32,000 bases of DNA from Cuniculiplasma divulgatum (GTDB taxonomy: Archaea > Thermoplasmatota > Thermoplasmata > Thermoplasmatales > Thermoplasmataceae): assembly GCF_900083515.1 (NCBI RefSeq), contig NZ_LT671858.1, positions 720,001 to 752,000 of the forward strand, in the 5' to 3' direction. Made by a program: the position numbers and the translations under genes. Under the pieces are notes generated by a model. The model did not search any database. It saw only the letters and a list, made by a program, of their open reading frames with translations, and had not been told where the DNA came from. Of this stretch, positions 9,576 to 18,114 are shown piece after piece; positions within the stretch are counted from its first letter, which is position 1, and the number at the start of each line of letters is the position of its first letter.

Positions 9576-9919
9576 CTCAGGAAACAGTTGTATTCACTTT
9601 TAAAGTGTGGAGATATTCCTGTCAAAGGAGATGATCTCTCAACCCTTACTTTACTCATACTCCTGTCAGTAAAGATGGCTGAAAGTTAAAATAATATGCA
9701 TAATCTTTTCTAACAATAATGCTTCACATTTTTATTTTTTCCAAAACAATTGTAAAAATAGTAGTACTGTTATCACTTATCATGATACTGTTTAACAGTA
9801 ATAAATCTAAAATTTTTTCTGCCATATCCTTTATTCATCGTTTTAATTCAGATATTATAAATATTTCCTATTTAAATACAAAACAAAACTATTTATTATG
9901 CTAATGTAATACATTATCA

Positions 9920-10729
9920 ATGATGGATTTAGTTTCCTCCTATTATGCAAAGGCTGATAGAATTCTTGTGCCAATGGCAAAAGGGGAAAGTTCTAGAAGA
10001 GCTTTTGAGTTTGCCAGCGACTTTGCAAAGGTCTTTGGTTCAGAAATAACAGCACTTACAATAAAGGACGAATCCAAGGAAGTTACATGGAGTGACAAGG
10101 TTGCTGTAGTTATGCAGGCATACAAGGAATCAAGTCAAAAAGGACTAAAGGTTATTCCAAAGATCCAGAGCGCAAGAAATGTTAGGGAAGGTATAATTAG
10201 AGAAGCAAATTCGAAGAATTATGATCTTGTTCTGTTCAGTTCCAGATCAAGATCGGGGGTCTCAACTTCTCTATTTGGAGGTATAGGAGATTATCTAATC
10301 AAGCATTCAAAGAACACAACAGCATCTCTTTCTATTAAAAGGAGTACATATCCATACAGGAAAATTCTGGTACCAATGAGCGAGAGACTCAATACACGTA
10401 AATCAGTATACCTTGCTGCTATCATGGCAAAGGTTCTAAACGCTAAATTTTACCTCTGTGATATGAGATCGTTCGATAAAAAGAAAATTCATGGTTTTAA
10501 AACGCTGATGAACGCGGAGGTATGGAAGGAGCTTAAACTTGATTACGAAATTTCTGACATATACGGAAGCGATCTGAGAGATTCAGTTCTTCAAAGGATT
10601 TACTCCACATCTTCAGATTTTGTGGTACTTGGCGTAAGACCTGATAGTTATTCAAATGTAAGAATAAATTCAGATATTAAAAAAATAATAAAGGATGCAC
10701 CAATAGATTCAGTTTTAATTAAGAGATGA
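9920..10729 (+). CDS. Universal stress protein, tandem UspA domains
   Basis: Two ~130-aa repeats, each opening with ILVPM (RILVPMAKGESS..., KILVPMSERLN...). The first ends with a G-rich nucleotide-loop-like segment (SRSRSGVSTSLFGGIGDYLIKHS). Convergent with kdpC, overlapping it by 15 nt. Confidence 0.8.
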   Translation: MMDLVSSYYAKADRILVPMAKGESSRRAFEFASDFAKVFGSEITALTIKDESKEVTWSDKVAVVMQAYKESSQKGLKVIPKIQSARNVREGIIREANSKNYDLVLFSSRSRSGVSTSLFGGIGDYLIKHSKNTTASLSIKRSTYPYRKILVPMSERLNTRKSVYLAAIMAKVLNAKFYLCDMRSFDKKKIHGFKTLMNAEVWKELKLDYEISDIYGSDLRDSVLQRIYSTSSDFVVLGVRPDSYSNVRINSDIKKIIKDAPIDSVLIKR

Positions 10730-11371
10730 GCTTTGTAAGACATTATTATTCATAAGGAATATTATGATCTGTACATCAATGTACATTATGTTAACATAAT
10801 ATGAACCAAATATTGGGAAATTCTGCCTTTCAGTTGAATTGATTGTGTTGTTTAAGAAACTGCTCACGGGTTTTAATTTCAGGGTTACATTTACTGAACT
10901 TGCAAACGATACAATTGAATTTGCAACCCTCGGCTCTTCCAGTAATGCAGCTGATAGTGGGATATTAGGATCTAACCCAGAATCAGAATCCATTATTACT
11001 TCTCCTGGGATTTTAGAAACTGAAACGTTCTTGTTCATCTGCTCAAATTCCTGTAAATTTTTCTCCAACTGCAGTAGAGATGCATTTGTATTTGGTGAGC
11101 AGCAGAGAGCACCTGAGGATGATTGGTTAAAGTCTATGGCAGAAGGCCTGGGCTGGAAAAAGTATGATCTGTTAAAAGCCTGAGCAAGATAATAACTGCC
11201 GAAAACCTTTCCATTAATCTTTATTTGATTACCATTCCCGGTTCCTGGATCAACCTTTTCAGTTATTAGTGCAGTGGCTGTTGGGATCACCAGTCCGAGA
11301 AGTACAAATATGATCACTGCAATTACAAGAGACCCTCTAAATATCCTCAATATTTCTTTCCAGTTTACCAT
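10715..11371 (-). CDS. kdpC: Potassium-transporting ATPase subunit C
   Basis: N-terminal TM anchor, FFQPRPSA, and SGLDPNIPLSAALLEEPRVA (KdpC SGLDPxIS...RVA motif). Overlaps the kdpB 3' end by 7 nt. Confidence 0.85.
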   Translation of the reverse strand: MVNWKEILRIFRGSLVIAVIIFVLLGLVIPTATALITEKVDPGTGNGNQIKINGKVFGSYYLAQAFNRSYFFQPRPSAIDFNQSSSGALCCSPNTNASLLQLEKNLQEFEQMNKNVSVSKIPGEVIMDSDSGLDPNIPLSAALLEEPRVANSIVSFASSVNVTLKLKPVSSFLNNTINSTERQNFPIFGSYYVNIMYIDVQIIIFLMNNNVLQSSSLN

Positions 11372-13356
11372 AAAATACCCACCCCCAGAAGCAAATGATA
11401 GATCAGGCCGATGGCTATAAACGGCAGGACAACTCCCCCGAAACCGTAAATTGTGATATTTCTTTTTAAAAGCTCATCTACAGTTGAGGGCTTAAATCTT
11501 ACCCCTCTTATGGCCAGTGGAATTAAAAGTGGAATTATTATTGTATTGAAAATTAAAGCAGAGGTTATGGCAAGCAGAGGATCAGTAAATCCAAGTATGT
11601 TTATGAATGAAAGTACCGGAAAAGCATAAAAAATTGCTGGTATTATTACAAAATATTTTGATATATCATTTGCAATACTAAATGTTGTTAGTGAACCTCT
11701 CGTTATGAGAATCTGCTTTCCTAAGAATATTACATCCATCAATTTCGTTGGATCATTATCAAGATCTATCATGTTTGCAGCGTCCTTTGCGGCCTGTGTT
11801 CCATTATTCATAGCAAGTCCCACATCTGCCAGAGCAAGTGCCGGAGCATCATTTGTGCCATCTCCAACCATGGCCACCATTCTCTGCTGATTTTTTTCCG
11901 CTTCAACCTTCATGTATTTATCCTGAGGCTTACTATTTGCAACAAATTCATCGAGTCCCGCCTCTCTTGATATGTACTCTGCAGTAAGTTCGTTATCCCC
12001 AGTACACATAACGGTTTTGATATTCATCGTTTTCATGGTTTTAATTCTCTCATTTATCCATGGCTTTATGATATCATTGAATTCTATTGCTCCAATTACC
12101 TGGCTGTCCAGTACAAGTACCATTGCTGTCCCCCCTCTACTTGAAATTTCGGCACATATGGCATCTATGAAATTGTCCTTTTGTCCCAGTATATCCCATA
12201 TAGCATGGGGCGAACCTTTGTACAGCTTATGTCCCTCATAACTTATTCCACTGAACTTCGTTTCTGATGAGAAGGGAACGAATTCAGCATTATTTATCCT
12301 GTACTTTTCAAGTTCTCCATAACGTTCTGACACATATTTTACAAGGGAAATTCCCTCTCTCGTTTCATCTAAATATGAGCTCTGATAGCAGATCTTTGCC
12401 ATTTCTTCTTCTGATATTCCTTTATTCGGATATATCTTGGAGGCGTCACGTTCGCCCATTGTAATAGTACCGGTTTTATCGAGAATTATTGTATCAATAT
12501 CACCAGCATTTTCTACTGCTCTTCCACTTTTGGCTATGATATTGAACTGAGAGACCTTATTAATGGCTGCCACACCCAAAGCAGGGAGTAGTGCACCAAT
12601 AGTTGTTGGAATCAGTGTGATCAGAAGTACTACGAGAATGATCAGATTTACATGATCTGATAGAAAATCCCCAAGGGGAAATATTGATGATGTAACAACG
12701 ATGAATACCAGGGTTAGTCCAGCCAGTAATATTGAAAGTGCTATTTCGTTTGGAGTCTTCTTTCTAACAGATCCTTCGACCATTTCAATCATCTTGTCCA
12801 GAAATGTTTCTCCCGGGTCTGCCGTAATTCTTATCTTAATACTGTCATCAAGAAAGGTTGTTGAACCGGTTACACTGTCGCCATTTACCTTGAATACGGC
12901 CTTCGATTCACCTGTAATTGCGGATTCATTGAAATATCCTCTGCCTTCGGCTATCTCACCATCAGTTGGTACCATTTCATTCTTCCTGACCTCTACAATC
13001 ATGCCTTTCCTCAGTTCAGAAGAATCCACAATTTTCTCCGTTGTGCCATCTATTATTCTTCCGGTGGTTTCTTTCTTCATTTTTTTAAGTGTTGCCGTTA
13101 TATTTCTGCTCTTTCCCTCTGCAAGTGCTTCCCCAAGAGTTGAAAAGAATATGGTAAGAAATAAGAGTACAACGACTGAAATATAGAAAGGTACATACAG
13201 CCCACTCATCTCGAGGTGATATGCCTGATGGAAGACAATGAGATATAATGAAAAAAGGAGGGCTATTTCTGTTATGAACATCACAGGATTCTTATATAGC
13301 TTCCGGGGATCAAATTCCTTAAGAGCATTTATAACTGCTTCAGCGTAACTGTTCAT
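11365..13356 (-). CDS. kdpB: Potassium-transporting P-type ATPase subunit B
   Basis: N-terminal KNPVMFITE, phosphorylation site ILDKTGTIT, TGES-type actuator loop (ITGESKAV), MCTGDN and MVGDGTNDAPALA. Confidence 0.95.
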   Translation of the reverse strand: MNSYAEAVINALKEFDPRKLYKNPVMFITEIALLFSLYLIVFHQAYHLEMSGLYVPFYISVVVLLFLTIFFSTLGEALAEGKSRNITATLKKMKKETTGRIIDGTTEKIVDSSELRKGMIVEVRKNEMVPTDGEIAEGRGYFNESAITGESKAVFKVNGDSVTGSTTFLDDSIKIRITADPGETFLDKMIEMVEGSVRKKTPNEIALSILLAGLTLVFIVVTSSIFPLGDFLSDHVNLIILVVLLITLIPTTIGALLPALGVAAINKVSQFNIIAKSGRAVENAGDIDTIILDKTGTITMGERDASKIYPNKGISEEEMAKICYQSSYLDETREGISLVKYVSERYGELEKYRINNAEFVPFSSETKFSGISYEGHKLYKGSPHAIWDILGQKDNFIDAICAEISSRGGTAMVLVLDSQVIGAIEFNDIIKPWINERIKTMKTMNIKTVMCTGDNELTAEYISREAGLDEFVANSKPQDKYMKVEAEKNQQRMVAMVGDGTNDAPALALADVGLAMNNGTQAAKDAANMIDLDNDPTKLMDVIFLGKQILITRGSLTTFSIANDISKYFVIIPAIFYAFPVLSFINILGFTDPLLAITSALIFNTIIIPLLIPLAIRGVRFKPSTVDELLKRNITIYGFGGVVLPFIAIGLIYHLLLGVGILW

Positions 13357-15122
13357 AAAACACCTCTAATAATAAGGGAAAACGTTCTTCCCCAGCTCAA
13401 TAGTGGTCCAACTGCAAGAATTGGGAAGAAAGAAAGTAATCCTAAAAGCAACATGGTGAAAAACAGCATCATACCAAACCAGAATGACCCAATATCAAAC
13501 GTCCTCCCATACAGCACTTTCGGTTTTTTAGATGCAAAGGATTGAGCTATTACAAGCTGAAAAGCCATAATTGGGAATCTCCCCATCAGCATAATTATAC
13601 CATCTATTATGTTAAAAAATGCAGTATTGGTAGCAAATCCACCTACCTCGGATCCATTATTTGAAGCAGCTGAGGCAAATTCATAAAGAAGCTGCGTTAT
13701 TTGATCCGGTCTTGTGTTTACAAAGGAACTCATCAATATGGGTGACAAAAGCAGTACTATCCCCAATGGTACAATAATAATTAATGGATGGGTGATAAGA
13801 CTGTAAGTTGAATACTTCATTTCCTTCGCACTAACTTTGAGACTCATAATTTCTGGAAGTTTTCCTACCATTAGGGAAACTATGAACACTGTAAAAATAA
13901 CGTACGAAAAAATATTCAAGATGCCCGTCCCAACTCCTCCAAGGGGATCGTTGAGGAGAAGAGGAAACAATATACCCAGAATACCAGCAGGTGTATAATC
14001 AATAAGAGCAGAATTAGCAGCACCCGTAGATGTAAGCGTAGCTCCTGTCGAAAATATGGAACTCTGGGAAATTCCAATGGCAGTTTCCTTTCCTATGAAG
14101 TTGCCTCCATAGTTAAATCCGAGATTGGCCATTGCTGGAATTCCTGATATTTCTCCAAAGAAAGTCAGTAAGGCACTGAATATGAACAATGCAACTATAA
14201 CTCCATATATTACTCTTCCAAATTTTCTATTATTAAGTGCCTGACCCAGAGCAAATATTGAGCCAATTGGGATGATCGTAAATGAGACAACTTCAATTAG
14301 GTTGGAGATCCAATCTGGATTTTCAAATGGATACCCTGCATTGGCCCCGTAAAAACCTCCTCCGTTTGTTCCAATGTTTTTAACACCTTCTAAAGAGGCT
14401 ACAGGTCCAATCGGTATATTCACCGTCATCTTTCCGAAAAATGGGTGGATTATGATGCTTGAATAGGTGGTGTCTGGAACTCCAACTATTATTAGTAATA
14501 CGGTGGCAAGGAGTGAGAGTGGTAGGATTAAATCAAATATGGCGACTAAAAAGTCATGAAAGAAATTTCCAAGTTTTTTATCGTCATTCATGATTCCCCT
14601 AACGAAGGCCATTGAAGCTGCAAATCCTGTACCTGCAGAAAGAAACATCAGGCCAATTATAACCACAGTTAAATCCAAATATGTGAGTGTGGTTGGTGAT
14701 GAGTAATGCTGCAGATTTGTATTCGTAAGAAAGCTTATAATCGTATTAAAGGTAAGACTTGGGGACATGACATCCTGACCAGGGGCTTTAAAAAAGTACC
14801 CCTGAAAAATTAAAAAAAGAAATGAAATAGTTCCTGCAACAAAATTAAAAATTATAAGTGATATAAAGTAACCCTTAAAGGAATATGTCTTGTTTCTATC
14901 TACACCTGCTACCTTTTCAATGAAACCTATAATCGGATCAGTATACTTCCGCAGTTTTGTATTTTCTCCTGTATAGAGTTTCTTGATATATGGTGCAATC
15001 ATATAACCAAAGAAGCTTATGATTATGAGGTAGAGGGCAATAATTATAACACCCGAAACTATTCTATTATTAACAAAAAATGCCGACCAGAAATTTCCAG
15101 TCGCTGTAATGCCAGTACTCAT
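13353..15122 (-). CDS. kdpA: Potassium-transporting ATPase subunit A (channel-like)
   Basis: 589-aa polytopic protein with repeated selectivity-filter-like TNGGGF and NNGSEVGG segments. ATGA overlaps with kdpB (13353-13356) and with kdpF. Confidence 0.93.
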   Translation of the reverse strand: MSTGITATGNFWSAFFVNNRIVSGVIIIALYLIIISFFGYMIAPYIKKLYTGENTKLRKYTDPIIGFIEKVAGVDRNKTYSFKGYFISLIIFNFVAGTISFLFLIFQGYFFKAPGQDVMSPSLTFNTIISFLTNTNLQHYSSPTTLTYLDLTVVIIGLMFLSAGTGFAASMAFVRGIMNDDKKLGNFFHDFLVAIFDLILPLSLLATVLLIIVGVPDTTYSSIIIHPFFGKMTVNIPIGPVASLEGVKNIGTNGGGFYGANAGYPFENPDWISNLIEVVSFTIIPIGSIFALGQALNNRKFGRVIYGVIVALFIFSALLTFFGEISGIPAMANLGFNYGGNFIGKETAIGISQSSIFSTGATLTSTGAANSALIDYTPAGILGILFPLLLNDPLGGVGTGILNIFSYVIFTVFIVSLMVGKLPEIMSLKVSAKEMKYSTYSLITHPLIIIVPLGIVLLLSPILMSSFVNTRPDQITQLLYEFASAASNNGSEVGGFATNTAFFNIIDGIIMLMGRFPIMAFQLVIAQSFASKKPKVLYGRTFDIGSFWFGMMLFFTMLLLGLLSFFPILAVGPLLSWGRTFSLIIRGVL

Positions 15123-15217
15123 ATTTTCTCAGCTCGAATTATACTATAGAGCAAATATGCACAGCTAATCGCAACGACCAAAATAGGCACAATCAACCAC
15201 TCTGTCTCTATGTACAT
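15119..15217 (-). CDS. kdpF: Potassium-transporting ATPase subunit F (32-aa single-TM peptide)
   Basis: Absent from the ORF track (under 60 aa). ATG at 15215-15217 and TGA at 15119-15121 overlapping the kdpA ATG (ATGA). Hand translation: MYIETEWLIVPILVVAISCAYLLYSIIRAEKI. It has one TM helix, and the tail LLYSIIRAEKI parallels the E. coli KdpF tail ..LVYALINAEAF as I recall it. Confidence 0.6.
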   Translation of the reverse strand: MYIETEWLIVPILVVAISCAYLLYSIIRAEKI

Positions 15218-15237
15218 TTCTATCTTCAATTAACGGG

Positions 15238-15266
15238 CTTATAATAAGTTTTTCAGAAAAACTTAT
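15238..15266 (-). promoter_or_regulatory. Predicted kdpFABC promoter: TATA-like box overlapped by nested perfect palindromes (candidate operator)
   Basis: The minus strand reads ATAAGTTTTTC-T-GAAAAACTTAT-T-ATAAG followed by 21 nt and the kdpF ATG. TTATTATAA lies at about -30..-22. There is a perfect 11-1-11 palindrome at 15244-15266 and a 5-1-5 palindrome CTTATAATAAG at 15238-15248. Confidence 0.35.
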
Positions 15267-15692
15267 GTAGTTAAATTGTAAAAACTGCAACTTAAAATTT
15301 GGGAATATTAACTATGGGCTTCAATATATATTATAAAGGTTTTACATTTTATAATCAACATTGTTTATTGTTGAGATAAAAATCAAAACCATCTTTTAAA
15401 CCCCTGTTTAGGTCAAATCAAATCGTTGGTGCATATGGAAAAAGGAAAAATGTTCAATGGTAATATTTTAAAAATAAGGAATAGGGCCTTCAAGGATTCA
15501 CTTTATAAACTGACCTCTAACCTACCTATTACAGAAAAAGAAAATACAATAATGGTTGACAAAAATTCTAAAAGTCATAGCTTCAGTTAAGGAAGTTACT
15601 CCTTTAGAGCAAATCTAAATTATCCCAGGACTCTACACCAAACAGTTTTTTAAATTCAAATATTTTAATTGCATCTTTAAATTTTAATTTGT

Positions 15693-17240
15693 TCAGGCTA
15701 TCTTTTTTCCCATATAATAGGAATCTCTTTCATAACCAAGTTTCCTGAAGTATTCTCTTACACCAACTCCACTTATGACAAGAATCTTTGATTCATTAAA
15801 CTCTTCCCTTGTTATTCTTTCGGCTTCCTGAACCAGAGACTTCCCTAAACCTTTGTGCTGATAGTTGGAATTCTCGTGAGTGCCAATGGGAACAATGTTT
15901 CCCACTACCCTAAGTTCACGTATCATACCTGTATTTTTGGTCTCATCAAGAAATGAGTCGTCCTTAATATGTCTCAGTCTGAGATACCCTGCAATGTCTT
16001 GCTTGCTATCCTCAATAGAAAGGAATATTTCTTTGGAATTACCGGCATCGTAATCTACCCTTTTCATTGAAAGTTCAAGACCTTTTTCAGAAATGAATCC
16101 CACTTCTCTGCCCCTAATCTCCATGCTTTTTACATTATTCTCTTTCAACTTCCTATCTACTATATTTCTCAGGTCGCTCCTCATAACTCCTGCATCAATG
16201 AATTTTACCGGTATATCTCTTTGCATTCTTTGAACTCTTATCCATGGTGGCATTTCCTTCATAAAATTAAAAATGAGTTCTGCAGCCTCTTCTGTTTCCA
16301 TTGGTTTATATTCTCCATTTTTCCACATGTTGTAAAGTTTTGTTCCCTTAACAACCAGCGTTGGATATATTTTGAACATATCTGGTTTGAAATCACCTTC
16401 ACCAATTATCTTTCTGAAGCTATTCAAATCATCTTCATAACTTGAACCATACATGCCAGGCATAAGATGATATACTATCTTTAGGCCAGCATCCCGTGAG
16501 AGTTTTGTTGATTGAATTATCTCACTGACTCCGTGTCCTCTATGATTAACCTTCAGCACTTCCTCATTTATTATCTGGACACCCAATTCTACCTTTGTTG
16601 TCCCATATGAAAGGGCCAATCTTATATCCTTTTCAAGAAACCAATCTGGTTTAGTCTCCACAGTTAAACCAATGCATCTCCTTTTGGCTTTTTCATTGAA
16701 TTTAATACTTTCTTCAAGGGTTTGTGACTGGAATCCGTTCATTCCATCAAAGCATCCCTTTACGAAATACTCCTGGTATTCCTTTGATCTTGCTGTGAAA
16801 GTTCCACCCATTACAATAAGATCAACCTTGCTGGTATCATGCCCTATGGTTTCAAGTTGCTTCAATCTGCCAAACGTGATGCTGAAAGGATCATAATTGT
16901 TCATTCTGCCTCTTAGTGCCGATGGTTCATAACCTGTATACGCCTGTGGAGAATTATTTTCCATTCCACCCGGGCAGAAGATGCATCTTCCATGAGGGCA
17001 GATCTCTGGAGAAGTCATTGCTGCTACAACTGCCACCCCTGAAATGGTTCTGGTTGGTTTCAGTCGCAAGAGATTTAAGTAATCTCCTTTCGCATAGCCT
17101 GAATTTAGAATTTCTGAATTAGATGGAACATGGTCTAGACCATATTTTTTAGAAAGCTTAACCTTCTGGTGTTGCAGGTCATCTCTGGTTTTTATTTCAC
17201 CACTATCTATCTTCCCCAGAATGTCTTCGTAAATATTCAT
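15693..17240 (-). CDS. elp3: Elp3-type radical SAM/GNAT tRNA uridine(34) modification enzyme
   Basis: Radical-SAM cluster site EICPHGRCIFCPGG, long central radical-SAM region, C-terminal GNAT motif YQHKGLGKSLVQEAE. 515 aa. Confidence 0.92.
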   Translation of the reverse strand: MNIYEDILGKIDSGEIKTRDDLQHQKVKLSKKYGLDHVPSNSEILNSGYAKGDYLNLLRLKPTRTISGVAVVAAMTSPEICPHGRCIFCPGGMENNSPQAYTGYEPSALRGRMNNYDPFSITFGRLKQLETIGHDTSKVDLIVMGGTFTARSKEYQEYFVKGCFDGMNGFQSQTLEESIKFNEKAKRRCIGLTVETKPDWFLEKDIRLALSYGTTKVELGVQIINEEVLKVNHRGHGVSEIIQSTKLSRDAGLKIVYHLMPGMYGSSYEDDLNSFRKIIGEGDFKPDMFKIYPTLVVKGTKLYNMWKNGEYKPMETEEAAELIFNFMKEMPPWIRVQRMQRDIPVKFIDAGVMRSDLRNIVDRKLKENNVKSMEIRGREVGFISEKGLELSMKRVDYDAGNSKEIFLSIEDSKQDIAGYLRLRHIKDDSFLDETKNTGMIRELRVVGNIVPIGTHENSNYQHKGLGKSLVQEAERITREEFNESKILVISGVGVREYFRKLGYERDSYYMGKKIA

Positions 17241-17310
17241 GTCTTAAAGAGATATAACAGAAAGGGATTTAAATTATTTTTTTTAAAAATTGACTAAAAT
17301 GATTCTATTT

Positions 17311-18114
17311 TTAATCCCTTATCTCCTTCTCAGCAAGATAGGCTGTTAGAAGCAATAGTCCAAGTGCAAGAATCGCCAGAGCACCAAGCCACTGTCCAAC
17401 CTGTATCCACTGGGACCCTGTTAAATTACCATTTATAATAACCATTCTCATCGCCTCGGCAGACCATGAGACAGGGTTATAAGCAGCTACGCTTGAGAGC
17501 CATGAAGCCATCATCGATGAAGAGAACATTGCATAGCTAACGAACAGAAGTGGTAAGTTTACAAGATTTACTATTCCAAATATTGAATTCATGTTGGTCA
17601 TTCTGATAGCAATAACACTGAATATGGATGAGAAGATGAATGATACAAGGATTATGGCTGCAATAATAACGAGGGCGTCGAGAACTGTGAATCCATGCAC
17701 AAATTTCAAGCCATTTGGTATTACGAGAGCTGCTAAAATTAAGATCAGTGCCTGAGGCATTACCCTTATTGTCGATGACAGAATCTTAGAGAAAACGATG
17801 GAACTTCTTCTTATTGGTGAAGAGAGAAATCTGCCCATCGGTCCTAATCTTCGGTCAAATATGATATTTGTTCCTGCGAACATAGCGGTAAAAAGTGAAG
17901 AAATTGTCAGTACACCTCCAACTATATATGTGATATAATTTGGGGCCCCATCAAGAATAAGTTCGCTTGCACCCGGGAAGAATTTAGTTATATCAAACGC
18001 ACTGCCGAAAAGTGCAATCCAGAAGAATGGCTGTAATAGACCTGTAATAAAGAAGACTGGATTTCTGTACCACTTCTTCAATTCCCTAACTGTTAATGGT
18101 CCAAGCCCACTCAT
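17311..18114 (-). CDS. ABC-2 type transporter permease
   Basis: About six hydrophobic helices. Its ATG overlaps the stop of the upstream ABC ATPase (18111-18114). Typical DrrB/ABC-2 partner size (267 aa). Confidence 0.8.
   Translation of the reverse strand: MSGLGPLTVRELKKWYRNPVFFITGLLQPFFWIALFGSAFDITKFFPGASELILDGAPNYITYIVGGVLTISSLFTAMFAGTNIIFDRRLGPMGRFLSSPIRRSSIVFSKILSSTIRVMPQALILILAALVIPNGLKFVHGFTVLDALVIIAAIILVSFIFSSIFSVIAIRMTNMNSIFGIVNLVNLPLLFVSYAMFSSSMMASWLSSVAAYNPVSWSAEAMRMVIINGNLTGSQWIQVGQWLGALAILALGLLLLTAYLAEKEIRD

Noticed and set aside
9629-9682. A possible C/D-box sRNA (AGATGATC ... CTGA about 48 nt apart).
   Set aside because: The putative C box reads GAUGAUC rather than RUGAUGA. 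I found no C'/D' boxes and no terminal stem.
9719-9904. A 61-aa ORF in the AT-rich intergenic region upstream of the USP gene.
   Set aside because: The translation (MLHIFIFSKTIVKIVVLLSLIMILFNSNKSKIFSAISF...) is what AT-rich non-coding DNA yields. There is no start context and no family. The region is more likely promoter DNA.
15435-15590. A 51-codon ORF (MEKGKMFNGNILKIRNRAFKDSLYKLTSNLPITEKENTIMVDKNSKSHSFS) in the kdp-elp3 gap.
   Set aside because: It is K/N-rich with no hydrophobic core or motif and no evident promoter spacing. I cannot support it as a gene without conservation data.
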